Below the pieces are notes generated by a model. It made no database searches. It was not told where the DNA came from and saw only the letters and a list, made by a program, of their open reading frames with translations. 64,000 nt of DNA from Octopus sinensis. Its lineage: Eukaryota. Positions 11,462 to 23,890 of the stretch are shown piece after piece. The first letter of the stretch is position 1; every line of letters starts with the position of its first letter. The translations under genes were made by a program, and so were the position numbers. The stretch spans positions 73,098,001 through 73,162,000 of the forward strand of contig NC_043007.1 in NCBI RefSeq assembly GCF_006345805.1. The letters are read 5' to 3'.

Positions 11462-13162
11462 TATTTAATATCAACACTCCTTATTATATTTGAACAAATA
11501 TTCTTTACTAATTAAGAGATAGAGAAAATTATTTTTTATCTGATAATTTAGGGAATTTATCAAAGCATCCTGTATTATTGGAATAATTATGGTTGCATCA
11601 TGACATTATGTTAACAAAGGAATTCTGAGAATTTTACAAATTTACAAAATTTTATAAAGAGAGAGAGAGAGAGAAAAAAAAGACATTTTATTAGCAGTGC
11701 TCCATTATGAGAATCTATCAAAGTTATTTATTCCAAAGTTCAGAAGGTGTTGCATGCCATAGATTTCCTTGTTCTGATAGTTGCCCTTCCTATTTCTGTG
11801 GAGCAAGTATGAAAGATGTAACTGGTCAGGTGAACATAGGCAAACAAATAATGTAACTTGATTAGGATCAATTGTCGGGACAAAGCGATCACACATCACC
11901 ACCACCACCATCGTTTCACATCCACTTTCTATGCTGGTATGGGTTGGATGGTTTGACAGGATCCAGTGAGCTGCAAGGCCATGTCAAGCTCCAATGTCTG
12001 CTTCGGCATGATTTCTAGGGTTGGATGCCCTTCCTGACATCAATCACTTTACAGAATGTACTGGGTGATTTGTTTTTTTCTTGTGCCACTAGCACCAGTG
12101 AGGTTGCCAGGTAACTTGCAAGAGAGAAGGAAATGGAGCTTTTATGCTGGATGTTGAAAAGGTAAAGTAAGATATAAGAACAAGTATGAGTATCTTGCTA
12201 TAGAGGAGATACCTAGCTAACTCCTATTATATATAGAGGTAGGTGGGAGTAGTTGAGGAGATAAAGGAAAATACTGATGGAGTGCCAGAGCTAACTCCTA
12301 AGGTATAAGAAGGTAAGCATAAGAGCGGTATAGGTAGTAGATCATGGGAGGGGAAGGGAGAGTAGATATTTTTATAGATTGTGAAGGGAGGGAGTAACAG
12401 ATGGTAAAAGAGGGACTTCTATTATAATCCCATTCAGATCTAGGATCCTTTATAGGAGTATAAAACAAACCCCAGTATTTGACTGGTACTTTATCTAACA
12501 CAGAAGGACAAACGGCAAAGTTAACCTTGGTGGGATTTGAACATAGAATGTAAAGGTCAGTAACTAAATACTACAAGGTATTTGGTCTTACATTCTACCT
12601 TGTCTGCCAACCCACTATCCCAATATCAAAACAGTTCAGACGACTACATCACAACTCAAAATGCCAGTCAGAGAGGGTATGTAATTTAATGACAGTACTT
12701 TGTTGTTGAAGTAAAATCATTCTGTTGGCCTAATTGACACAAAATAAATAACATAAGTACATGTGAATATAACATCAAAATAAAGCTGCTATATGTAAAC
12801 AATGCTGAAGGGTTGTGATTCATATCTTTTTCATATACATAACACTGACATGATTATTGTGATAAAGGGTTTGAATATTTCTCAAGTATGTAATGGATAC
12901 ATGTTATACTGTTTCAAGTGTGAACAAATACTAAGTAGAGGATGCCAATCAAACCTTTTAGAAAAGTGATATTTTCTCATGACAAAACCTGACATTTGTC
13001 TTTCATGGGTATCAAATGACAATGGATCACAAATACTGAAATCTTTTTAGCTCATGGCTGCATGGAAAAACATGTAAATCGTGAAAATAGATTTATGCTA
13101 CTAAATCCAGGATGCCAAGGATAAATTGAAATAAAATTATGATGGAGATCCATAGTATTTAA

Positions 13163-13382
13163 CCCTTTAGCATTCGGATTACTCTATCAAATGTAATGCT
13201 TATTTATTCACACTGCTTTCAATTAATTATGCTTTATCTCATAGATTTAAGATTTCAATGATTTAATTGTTTATTTTTAGAGTAACATTGTAAGGGAGGT
13301 GTGAGAGGCAGGATCTGGTTGGTTTCAACATAAAACAAGTAGAAGATTTGGGCCAGTATGGTCAGTTTAAATACTAAATGAG
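13163..13382. mobile_element. piggyBac-type MITE (TTAA-flanked, CCCTTTAGCA end)
   Basis: TTAA|CCCTTTAGCATT ... CTAAATGAG|TTAA. Homologous copies at about 27330-27547 and 57330-57512; a shorter relative at about 24198-24337. Confidence 0.65.
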
Positions 13383-13424
13383 TTAAAGCAGTTGTTCTCT
13401 AACATAGAATTTGTTTGAAATATT

Positions 13425-13840
13425 CATCATCATCATCATCATCATCGTTTAACGTCCGCTTTCCATGCTAGCATAGGTTGGACGATTTTGACTGAGGCCT
13501 GGCAAACCAAATGGCTGCACCAGGCTCCAATCTTAATTTGGCAGAGTTTCTACCGCTAGATGCCCTTCCTAACGCCAACCACTCTGAGAGTGTAGTGGGT
13601 GCTTTTTACGTGCCACCAGCACGGGGCCCAGTCAGGCGGTACTGGTAACGAACTCGCTCGAATCCTTTTACACATGCCACCAGCACAGGTGCCAGTAAGG
13701 CGACTTTGGTAACAATCACGCTTGAATGGTGCCCTTTTACATGCCACTGGCACGGAAGCCAGTTGGCTACTCTGGCAACGATCATGCTCAGATGGTGCTC
13801 TTTGCACCCTACTAGCACGGGCACAAGTGCCAGTAAGGCG
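13425..13840 (-). mobile_element. RTE 3' UTR copy with (GAT)n tail
   Basis: (CAT)n-CGTTTAACGTCCGCTTTCCATGCTAGC...GATGCCCTTCCTAACGCCAACCAC. Confidence 0.8.
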
Positions 13841-14289
13841 ACGTATTATTCAATTATGTGTTTCAGCCAAAGGCCGAGGTCAAGCTGGTGCACCATATAA
13901 TTTACTACCTTCTTATGGTTAAACAGTGTGGTTCTTTAAAAGTTTATAGATCTAAAGAACCTGCAACACCAAAATGGAAATTATGTTTAAAATCTTTCAA
14001 ATATTACTGACATCCAATATAAGAAACACTGATTAGATGTCCACCACATCTTATACTGGCAACATTTAGTTAGTGTCAAAGATGTAACCCTCTCACCTTC
14101 AGCATTGTTGTGTTGTAATATACTGGGTTGCAGCATGTGATTCTTAATTTGCTTAGTTCAGCAAAAGAAACTGATAGAATAAGTACCAGGCTTTAAAAAC
14201 GTACTGGGGTCAATTCATTTGACTAAAAGGTAGTGCCCCAGCATGACTGCAGTCTAATGACTGAAACAAGTAAAAGATAAAAGATAAAA

Positions 14290-14914
14290 GATTAATTGCA
14301 CTGGCCCCTGTGCCAGTGGCACATAAAAAGCACCATCCGATCGTAGCCATTTGCCAGCCTCGTCTGGCACCTGTGCAGGTGGCACGTAAAAAGCACCCAC
14401 TACACTCACGGAGTGGTTGGCGTTAGGAAGGGCATCCAGCTGTAGAAACACTGCCAGATCAGACTGGGCCTGGTGCAGCATTCTGGCTTCCCAGACCCCA
14501 GTTGAACCGTCCAACCCATGCTAGCATGGAAAACGGACGTTAAATGATGATGATTAACTGTATTCATTAATTACAGATTGGATGCGAAATCTTTCAGATG
14601 AGATGACAAAGGACCAAGATACCTGGTGCTTTGCTGTACTCAAGAAGACTCATACTCCACAGCAGAAGTGTTAAGGCTGGTTTCGCCGATGAAGAGGATT
14701 GGGCTGCAAGAGTCCAGTGCCAGTGCCATGTAAGAAGCACTTGTGCTGCTGCCGCATAAAAACGCTTGTGTGGTGCCACGTAAAGTGGTTGGTGTTAGGA
14801 AGGGCATCCAGCCAGAGAAACCATGTCAAATTAGACTGGAGCCTGTGCAGTTCTCCAATTTCCCAGCGCTAATCAAACCATCCAACTTATGCCAGTATAG
14901 AAAACAGATATTAA

Positions 14915-14955
<41 letters not shown>
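14290..14955 (+). mobile_element. Two tandem RTE 3' UTR copies with (GAT)n tails
   Basis: GGCACGTAAAAAGCACC and GTTAGGAAGGGCATCCAG motifs; tails at about 14545 and 14916-14955. Confidence 0.8.
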
Positions 14956-14956
<1 letters not shown>

Positions 14957-15455
14957 AATGAGAAACATGGGTGAAACTCCAATGTTTTTTGACAGGTACT
15001 GCAGCTGGTACTCAATATGGTACTACAAGGTGTTATTAAAAGGTGTTAATATTATGTGGTAGTACGAAAAGTGGACTTGTCAGGGTACAGCACAGTTAGC
15101 CTAAAAACACTTGCACATGAAAAGCAACATTTTATGATAGTTTTAGTGTTGTTTATATGATTTTGTTTCAAACAAAGCTTGACTTATTACTAATGGCTAA
15201 CAGGAAGCTCAACAAAGAAACGATGTGCCTGAGATGAGAAGTAGGTGACATGTTTAATAGAGATGACGTCTTAATAGAGGGTGTTACAGACCGGAAAGTT
15301 CATCAGAGCAATGACTATGGAAATACTTATAGAAGAGACACTATAAAGATATATCTATGCCCACTTGAATGTGGATGTTCTGATAGAACAAACTATGTTT
15401 TTACCCAGCTCACTGGCTAATTATGACACTGGCTAATCCTGACAGTATTTTTCTG

Positions 15456-15950
15456 TACATCACTGGCAGGGAGATGAGTCACTGCTATTTCTAGCAGTAG
15501 TGAGTCCATCATTGAAAAGACCAGAGTAGGTCGAAATTACGTGATCTGGTGGTCTCAGCAGTGGTCATGGGATTTATCTCCCCACTAGCAATATAAATAA
15601 GAGTGCAATTTGCACCAAAAGCCAACATTAGAGTTTCTCTCATGATATCTACTTCAGTATAGTTTGTTCTAACAGAACATGCACATTTAAGTGGGCATAA
15701 ATATTACCTCTTGGTATTAATACTGCCTCTTTCACTAATAAATACTTTTTTAATTAGCTCACTGGCTAATCTTGATACCAATGCTTGTTCTAGCACAGTT
15801 TCTCTGTATATCGCTGGTGGGGAGATGAGTTGCTGCTATCTCTAGCAGTTGAGCACCCATCATTAACAAGACCAAAGAAGGTTGAAATTACGTGATCTGG
15901 TAGACTTAGCACTGGAGATAGCAGGTATTCATCTCACCACTAGCGATATA
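15456..15950. repeat. Two direct copies of a ~140-bp hairpin unit (15456-15595, 15807-15950)
   Basis: Arms TATATCGCTGGTGGGGAGATGAG..CTGCTATCTCTAG and CTGGAGATAGCAG..TTCATCTCACCACTAGCGATATA; the flanks are duplicated as well. Confidence 0.75.
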
Positions 15951-16059
15951 AACAAGAGTGTATTTTGCACCAAAAGCTAGTATGAATGTTATTGAATTTT
16001 GCAAACATTTAATATGTTTTCTGCTTCATAATTTTAAATTGTTCAAATTCCATTGTTTT

Positions 16060-16345
16060 CATCATCATCATCGTCGTTTAACGTTCGCTTTCCATGCTAG
16101 CATGGGTTGGATGATTCGACTGAGGTCTGACGAACCAGATCGCTGCACCAGACTCCAATCAGATCTGGCAGAGTTTCTACAGCTGGATGCCCTTCCTAAT
16201 GCCAACCACTCCGAGAGTGTAATGGTTGCTTTTACATGCCACCGGCATGAGGGCCAGTCAGGCGGTACTGGCAATGGTCACGCTCAAATGGTGCTTTTTA
16301 TGTGCCACCTGCACAGGAGCCAGTCTGTCGGCACTGGCAACAACA
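16060..16345 (-). mobile_element. RTE 3' UTR copy
   Basis: Same motifs as 13425-13840. Confidence 0.8.
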
Positions 16346-16398
16346 TGTTTATACCATTGATAAACAAAAAAATTGTTTAAACTAGTTTGGTGTGTGTA

Positions 16399-16776
16399 CT
16401 CTCTTTTACTCTTTTATTTGTTTCAGTCATTTGACTACGGTCATGCTGGAGCACTGCCTTTAGTCAATCAAATCAATCCCTAGGACTTATTCTTTGTAAG
16501 CCTAGTACTTATTCTATCGGTCTCTTTTGCAGAACCGCTAAGTTACGGGGACGTAAACACACCAGCATCGGTTGTCAAGCGATGCTGGGGGGACAAACAC
16601 ACACACATATATATACGACGGGCTTCTTTCAGTTTCCGTCTACCAAATCCACTCACAAGGTTTTAGTCAGCCCAAGGCTATAGTAGAAGACACCTGCCCA
16701 AGGTGCCACCCAGTGGGACTGAACCCAGAACTATGTGGTTTGTAAGCAAGCTACTTACCACACAGTCACTCCTGCA
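16399..16776 (-). mobile_element. Full-length CORE-type SINE (family A)
   Basis: Reverse complement reads tRNA head (GGAGTGACTGTGTGGTAAG...GGGTTCAGTCCC), CORE block CACCTTGGGCAGGTGTC, and GACTGAAACAAATAAAAGAG tail. Confidence 0.85.
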
Positions 16777-17689
16777 TCCAATAATTACAAGTTCTTCAAA
16801 TTCAGGTGCATTTTCAAAAACACACACAAATGTGTGTGTGTGGTATGTGTGTGAGCGTGCATGCACAATCAGCTGGAAGATTTAAGATGCTGCATACATT
16901 ACAAGTTGGTCAATTAAATGCAAGTCTTTAATTTGTTCATTCTGAACATAATGTACAGAAATTCATAGCTGTAACTATGGTTCTGGGATTTTGCAGGAAT
17001 GTATTGACAATGATTCAGTTAAATGTGTTTATTTAAACACAACTGAAAATTGCAAACAACATTCATGTCAAGTAGCTTATGGCTTGCATATAGGCCAAAG
17101 GCTGAGCTCAATGTGAAGAAGGTGCAATTCAACAACCACTACACTTCATATATGAAACTGTTACTGACATACGACACCCAACAAGAGTATTTGCAACTTG
17201 TTTACAAGTAACATTTACTAGTTGGGGGAGATACAGCACACTTGTTCTACTGGTCATCTTACATTCTTTATAATACACGACTTAATTAGTAGAAAAGAGG
17301 CCACAAGTTAGCAGGAGTGGTAGAATTATATAGGAATAAATACCTGACACTATTTAGTTTTATCTCAGTACATCAGGTATAAGTAAAATACATAGCATAT
17401 AACTTAAGCATAATCTGAACTAAAATTCAGCAGTAATTTCATTTTCTCTTTCATTGTCATATAAAATTTATATGAATTTTCTTTTGAAATAATTTCCTGA
17501 TTTATTCAGTGTCATATACTGTACTCTTTGTACTACATATAGTGTTTCAGAATGATAATTATTGTTTCAATCACGTAGTCTACTTTATGATGAGTGAGCT
17601 TCCAGAGAAATTACCATAAAAATTAAATTGCGTTATCTTCAATTCTAATAATTAGTCTATCCTTTTCTATGATTCAGAGACAAGGAGAA

Positions 17690-18085
17690 GGACTAAGAAG
17701 AAATTGCAGAAGATACAGACTTGTCTGAGGAGTATTCTTCAAATTAGATAGCCAGATAAAGATAACAAATGAAGAGCTGTGGCAGAAGAGGGGGCAAGTG
17801 CCAGTGGGAGAACAAATCCTGAAGTGCAAGAGAGGATGGATAGGTCACTTATTAAGGAAACCAACATCCTACATTACACGTCAGGCCCTGACCTGGAAGC
17901 CACAAAAGGAGTTAGCAGCAGCAGAAGAGAGGGCATCTTAAAAATAGATGAAGGCAGGATACTGAGGCAGTGCTAAAAAAAGAAGGGATCCAACTGGGAA
18001 GAAGTAGGAAAGACGGCCCAGAGTCAAGAACAGTAGAGAAAAGTCATCAATAGCCAACGGTCGACAGGGAGAGAAGGGCTTAAAT
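17690..18085 (+). pseudogene. RTE LINE C-terminal fragment
   Basis: CLRSILQIR*PDKITNEELW...WIGHLLRKP...TRQALTWKP, typical of the RTE C-terminus. Confidence 0.75.
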
Positions 18086-18096
18086 AACATTTTTTC

Positions 18097-18422
18097 TTTT
18101 ATCTTTCACTTCTTTTGGTCATCAAACTGCAGCCATGCTGGGGTATCAGCTTGAAGAATTTTTAGGTGACTGAATTGACCCAAGTGCTTTTTTTTTAAGC
18201 CTAATACTTATTCTATCAGTCTCTTTTGCTACACTGCTAGATTACAGGGATATAAACACACCAACACTGGTTGTCAAGTGGTGTTTGGGGGGACACACAC
18301 AAAGACACACTTACTCTTAGAAGACTTAGAAGACACTTACTCAAGGTACCATACAGTGGGACTGAACCTGGAATCATGTGGTTTAGAAGTAAATTTCTTA
18401 CCATGCAACCGTTCTTGTGCCT
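18097..18422 (-). mobile_element. CORE-type SINE (family A), older copy
   Basis: Homologous to 16399-16776 with CpG decay. Confidence 0.75.
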
Positions 18423-18924
18423 AGTAATAAATAATATCATATAATGCCTGCTACAAGAAAGCGTTTGTCCATGCTCTACATTCTGATATCAGAGTTTCAT
18501 TTTATCTGTTTTTCCAGATTTGATAATTATTGGCAAGTATCGGAAACAATTCAGTTGAGTATATCCTTCTCCAACTAATCTCATTGTAGGAGACATCAAA
18601 CTGAAGTGCTGAGTTCCGGTTCTTTCATTTTCCAATAAATACACATCACATACAAAAACAATCTGTTTTTGTTGTTGATCTCTCTTAAATCATAAATTTT
18701 AATGTAATGTTTTCATTTGAAATTTCCAGATGGTTCCTTTTCTTCTCAACAAGCATAAATATGATATACTTTGGCTATGATGATTAGTTTAGCCATTTAG
18801 TTATTTAATCATTGCAAAAAATTTTGAATTAAGGTTAATATTTTTTTTCTATTCAAGCAAAGTAGCTAGTTAGAAAATCTCTGTAAGAGATGGAAGTAGT
18901 AATTATACTGAGAATTAATGTTAT

Positions 18925-19435
18925 TTATTGCCACATCAATAGGAATCAACATTACTACTGTTTTGAACTCCAGGAGGAGTCTCCTCCAGCTGGTTACTGA
19001 TGTAATTACATCCGATATCTGCTGCAAACAAGGAAGCAAACCCCTACATCTTCCAGCAGACAACAGGATCACCAGACCATACAGTTTTGGGCTATTTGTG
19101 CCCATCCTCAGTGGTGAACACTCATCTGTTAGAGATAGCAGTAATTTACTCCAGCTAGCAATATATAGAAAAATAAGCAACAATCAGTCTAAGTAAGAAA
19201 ACCTCTAAAAGTGCAAATTACTGCTATCTCTAGCGGATGAGTGTTCACCACTGAGAATGGACACAAGTAGTGCGAAACCATATGGTCTGGTGATCCCATC
19301 AGGGATTCACTTCCCTGTTTGCAAAATATATCAGGTGCAGATTGCATTGATAACCAGCTGGAGGAGGCTCATCTCAGGGTTAAAAACTGTAATAGTGTTG
19401 ATTTCTACGGGACAGCAATATTGATGTGGCAATAA
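18925..19435. mobile_element. ~510-bp foldback (MITE-like)
   Basis: Perfect 16-bp terminal IR TTATTGCCACATCAAT; an inner 41-nt arm pair matches at 39 positions. Confidence 0.8.
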
Positions 19436-19494
19436 TCATTATTTTTTTCTATTCATTTTTGTAATATCACAGACAGAGCTAAGATTAAACTTAC

Positions 19495-19579
19495 AATTTC
19501 TAACAGTCATATTCGATGGAAAGGCATCTTCAGCAAGATATCCCCATTTTGTTAGATCATTTCTGGCTTCTGTTAAAAT
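19495..19579 (-). CDS. CCDC134: CCDC134 coding exon 3 (ILTEARNDLTKWGYLAEDAFPSNMTVRN + 1 nt)
   Basis: 85 nt, pyrimidine-rich acceptor ending TTTAAG, GTAAGT donor, phase 0 to 1. Resembles [28 protein letters not shown]. Confidence 0.9.
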
Positions 19580-19739
19580 CTTAAATGATAAAAATACAGA
19601 AATACTGTTAATGCACAACTCAAATGTTACCAAATTATATAAAATTACCTGACACTTCTCTTATCATCATCATTATCACCATAATTTTTTAACATTCACT
19701 TAGTCTATGCTAACATGGATTGGATGGAATATAAATATC

Positions 19740-20480
19740 TGTCACCGGCAACAATTTTAACTGGACAATCAGTACAAAAGAGACCAAAGTTGTGCATCAG
19801 CCAGTTCCAGGATGCACTGAACCCAACATCTTCATCAACAGACAACACCTGAATGCAGTAGACAAGATCACTTACCCAGGAAGTAAAGACTCCTGAACTG
19901 TCATCATTGATGAAGAGAACCCCAGACTCAGCAAGAATGTGTGAAACAAGAGAGGTATCAATCCTAAGAGTGTACTGAACCATGATTCTCACCAACAGCT
20001 CAATGGTTGCAAAGACAATCTTCCAATGACTTGAAGTTAAAATACATCCATGCCACAGGCCTCAAAAAAGGAGGATAGTATTCTTGACATAGATGTACTC
20101 TCTCATTCTTGATTACCCAGCATTCACAAAATCCTGAAACAATCACAGCTGCATTGAGCAGGTAACATAGTCCTTATGTCATGTCAGCTAAAAAACTGTT
20201 CAAGGGTAATCTCTAGAATGATAAATGCTCCCAAGGAGTCCAGAAAAGATACTACTAAGACACACTGAAAGCCTCACTGAAGGCCTTCAACATCAACATA
20301 TAAAGAATGGGAGCAAACAGTACTGGATAGAAGTGAATGGTGTGCAACAGTCAGTAAACGCTTTGAGACTTGTAAGGCTAATTAAAGAACTATTGCCAAG
20401 CAACACAGACAGGCCACAAAGAAAAACCCCATTAGTCTGTGCATTCACAAGTCTGTATCCCTTGGTTGCAGAAGTGTCTC
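19740..20480 (+). pseudogene. Degenerate RTE (BovB-like) RT C-terminus
   Basis: ISTKETKVVHQP...NAVDKITYPGS and KRYY*DTLKASLK...DRSEW motifs across frameshifts. Confidence 0.65.
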
Positions 20481-20779
20481 ATTGGTGAGATTAAAAGTGA
20501 TATCTTGCAAGATAAATCCTGTTTTGCTCAGGTTTTAATACAGCATGTTGCTAGTGACCATAGGTTTTGGCCCTTAAGCAGGAATTGCAAATGGCAGATT
20601 TCATTGCAAGGTTAGAAACAGTTGTCTACATATATTTAATACCTGATGAGACTCTTCTGCACCAACTGATGCACCACAACCAGTTGTGCAGTATCTCATC
20701 CATGTGGGTCACTGTGAGATTAGTTGAAACAATTGTTATGAGCAATAAAGTTTCTTGTATATTTCATTTTCCATCGCTA

Positions 20780-21027
20780 TCATTTGTTGTACATAAAAAA
20801 AGCACCAACCGATCGTGGCCAATGCCAGACCCCTCTGGCACCTGTGCAGGTGGCACGTAAAAAGCACCCACTACACTCGCGGAGTGGTTGGCGTTAGGAA
20901 GGGCATCCAGCTGTAGAAACACTGCCAGATCAGACTGGAGCCTAGGGCAGCCCCTGGCTCCCCAGACCCCGGTCGAACCGTCCAACCCGTGCTAGCGCGG
21001 AAAACGGACGTTAAACGATGATGATGA
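20780..21027 (+). mobile_element. RTE 3' UTR copy, young
   Basis: Intact CpGs, GGCGTTAGGAAGGGCATCCAGCTGTAG, (GAT)n tail. Confidence 0.85.
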
Positions 21028-23890
21028 TATATAGTCAATCCAAACATGAACGAGCAAGAAAAAAACAACAACGTGGAATAAGTACAGTGTTATTCGACAC
21101 TCAGTAAAGGAGAGAAAAGAAAGAAGATTTCACGTTTCGAGCAGCGCTCTTCATTAGAAATATAGAAAAAGTCCAAAGAAGGGAAGACGGAGAAAGAAAA
21201 TCGCCAACGATACACACGTGGTCACATATTGAAATGATTGGAAGGGAATGGGTGAAAAAAAGTTCTAAGATAGGAAAGTGCAAGAGAAAGAAGTATGTGT
21301 AGGTATGTGTGTGCATGCAGGTCTGTATGTGTGTGTGTGTGTGTAATGATAACACGTGTGTGTGCGTGTGTGTGTGGCTGTTTATGTATGTGTGTGGTTG
21401 GACTTAGTGTCACTTAAGGTCATAGGAAGAATTTATAGTAAGAATTTTGGTAGGAGTGGCTGTCTGTTGTGTGTCGCCCTACATATGTGCATAGGAGAAT
21501 AGACAGTAGTAAGGTGTTTAACTGGTAGTTTGAAGTATGTGTGTGCGTGTATGTATATGTAGTGTGTATGTGTTTTGTTTGCAGTGTGTGTATGTGCGTG
21601 AAGTTGTGTGTGGGGTTGTGTCTGTGAAGTAAATGTACGTTACTCTGTGTGTGTGTGTACTTGTATGTGCGTGTGTGTGTATCTATGTTTGTATAATTGT
21701 GTGCGTGTATGTATGAGTGTGCTTTGTGTGTATGGGAGGTATGTGTAGGTTGATTTGCGTGTACATGTGTGAATGTGTGTGCATGTGTATATATGTGTGT
21801 GCGTGTGAGTGTATGTGTGTGTGTATGAACGTGCATGTGTGTATGCGGGTGTGCATATGTGTATGCATGGAGTTATGAGTGTTAGATGTGTGTGCATTCA
21901 TGTGTTTGTGTGCGCATTATGTGTGCGTGTGTGTATGTGCATCTATGTGTATGCATATGTGTGTGTATGTATATGTATGTGTGTATGTGAGTTTGTGTAT
22001 GCATGTGTGCATGTATGTGCATGTGTTTATACTCATGTGTGTGTAATTGTGTGTGGGTCTGTTTGAGTGTGTGTTGTGTGTTGAAGGTATGTGTGCATAC
22101 ATGTGCGAGTGTATGTATGTGTGTATATGTGTGCATGTGTATGTGCGTGTGTGTGTTCAAACGTAGCCAAACATCCCTTAGATATTTGGTGAACCAGTCG
22201 GCCAGTTGGCAGCCCATCTGACCTACATATAGTTTACCACAGAGGTTGCATCTAATACAGTATATGAGGCTAGAAGAGGTGCAAGGGAAGGAATTTGGTG
22301 ATGCAAAGAGTGTGGTGATTGGAACCAGGAAGAGAAGCAGTGTTGGTTATGAAGGGGCAGGTCTGACAGTGGGATCTGGAGCACAGGAAGGATCCAGGTG
22401 AGGCTGGGGAGGGAAGAGGAGAAGGTGCTATGGACCAGAAGATTGCATAGGTTCTGGGTGCGTTTAAAGGACAAGAGCGAGCTGGAGACGACAGAAGGCT
22501 CGTAGGATCCTCTGACGAAGAGGTAGGGTGGAAAAGGAGGTGCGATCAGGGGGTTGGTGTGGAGAAGGAGAGAGGGTGGTGGTACAATCAATTCGATGAG
22601 TGCAGGCAAAGATGGTTTGGACAAGGGTTGAGGGGTATCCTCAATGCATGAACAGATGGGCAAGGTAGTGGGACTGGGTCTCAAAATCCTGGTCCTGGCT
22701 GCACAAGCATCGGAGGCAGAGGAACTGGAAGTAGGGAATGGCTCATTTGGTGTGGAAGGGATGGGAGGAGGAGAAGCTGAGGTAGTGGTGGGAATCTGTG
22801 GGTTTGAAGAAGGCAGAGGTGGTGAGAGAGTGGGAGGGGTAGTCAATGGTAAGAGAGATATCAAGGAAGTTAACCAAGGTGTTAGAGATAGTAGAAGTGA
22901 ATTGGAGAGAAGGGTGGAAGTTAGAGAGGAAAGAGATGAAGAAGCAGAGTTGTTGTTGGGTGAAGAGTGGGGGCCAGAGGGAGGAGAGGAGGTAAGCTTG
23001 GGGAAGTAGGTGGTCAAGAGAGTGAAGGAGGGGGCAGGTGGAATGGATGGTGGCACGGATGAGGAGGCGGGAAGTGCAGGTGAGGGTGGGCTCAATGATG
23101 GGGAGGAATAGGGGTTGCATGGAACTTGAAGAGGAAGCCATGGGGTGTGATGTGATGGCGGAGGCAACGGCTAAGAAAAGAGAGATGACTAGAGTGGCGA
23201 GTTTTTCTAAAAAGCAAGTGAGAGAGTTTCTTTGCAAGCATGGGGGGGGGGTGCACGAAAATGGAAAAGAAGAGATTCAAGGTCCTGGAGAAAGGAGTGG
23301 TAGTCAGGCATGGTGAGAGGATGTGAATGTCGGTGTAGGTGTTATTGGTGGTGACAAAAAGAGAAAAGTGGAAGTAGAACAGGAGATAGGTAGAAGGAGG
23401 ATGAGATAAAGTGGAAGAGTCACAGACAAACTGTAATGATTTCCAATCAAGATTAGAGTGGCATAATCTGAATGAATAGGAACAGTAATCCGGAGGTACA
23501 AGAATTCCAGGAATTAGTTACTCCAAAGTGAATCAGAAGGCTTGGGTCCGTGTGAGCATGCGGTATATAGTCAATCTAAACAGGAACAAGCAAGAAAAAA
23601 CAACAATGCGAGGACGTGGAATAAGTACTGTGTTATTGGACGCTCAGGAAAGGAAAGAAAAGAAAGAAGATTTCATGTTTCGAGTGGAGCTCTTCATCAG
23701 AAATATAGAAAAAGTTCAAAGAAGGGAAGACAGAGAAAGAAAATCTCCAACAATACACACAAGGTCACATATTGAAATGACCGGAAGGGAATGGATGAAG
23801 AAAAAGTTCTTTCTAAGACAGGAGAGTGCAAGAGAAGGAGGTATGTGTGTGTATGTGTGTAATGATAGCACAATTATGTGTGTGTGTGTG
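21028..23890 (-). mobile_element. Penelope-like element (Neptune-type) bounded by two direct terminal repeats
   Basis: Direct repeats at about 21028-21360 and 23564-23890. RT C-terminus VNFLDISL...FKPTDSHHYLSFSSSHPFHTK, Cys-rich linker and GIY-YIG remnant at 22160-23237. Confidence 0.85.
21300..22160. repeat. Cryptic (TG/CA)-rich low-complexity tract
   Basis: About 860 bp of degenerate TG dinucleotide repeat; source of the many His/Thr and Val/Cys ORFs. Confidence 0.9.

Noticed and set aside
21101-22221. His/Thr-rich and Val/Cys-rich ORFs
   Set aside because: Translations of a degenerate TG/CA tract. The same applies to ORFs at 25.6-26.0, 39.96-40.19, 44.06-44.37 and 50.5-50.9 kb.
22223-23167. 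314-aa Pro/Ser-rich ORF
   Set aside because: An off-frame reading of a pyrimidine-rich Penelope RT/GIY-YIG remnant; the recognisable motifs are in other frames.
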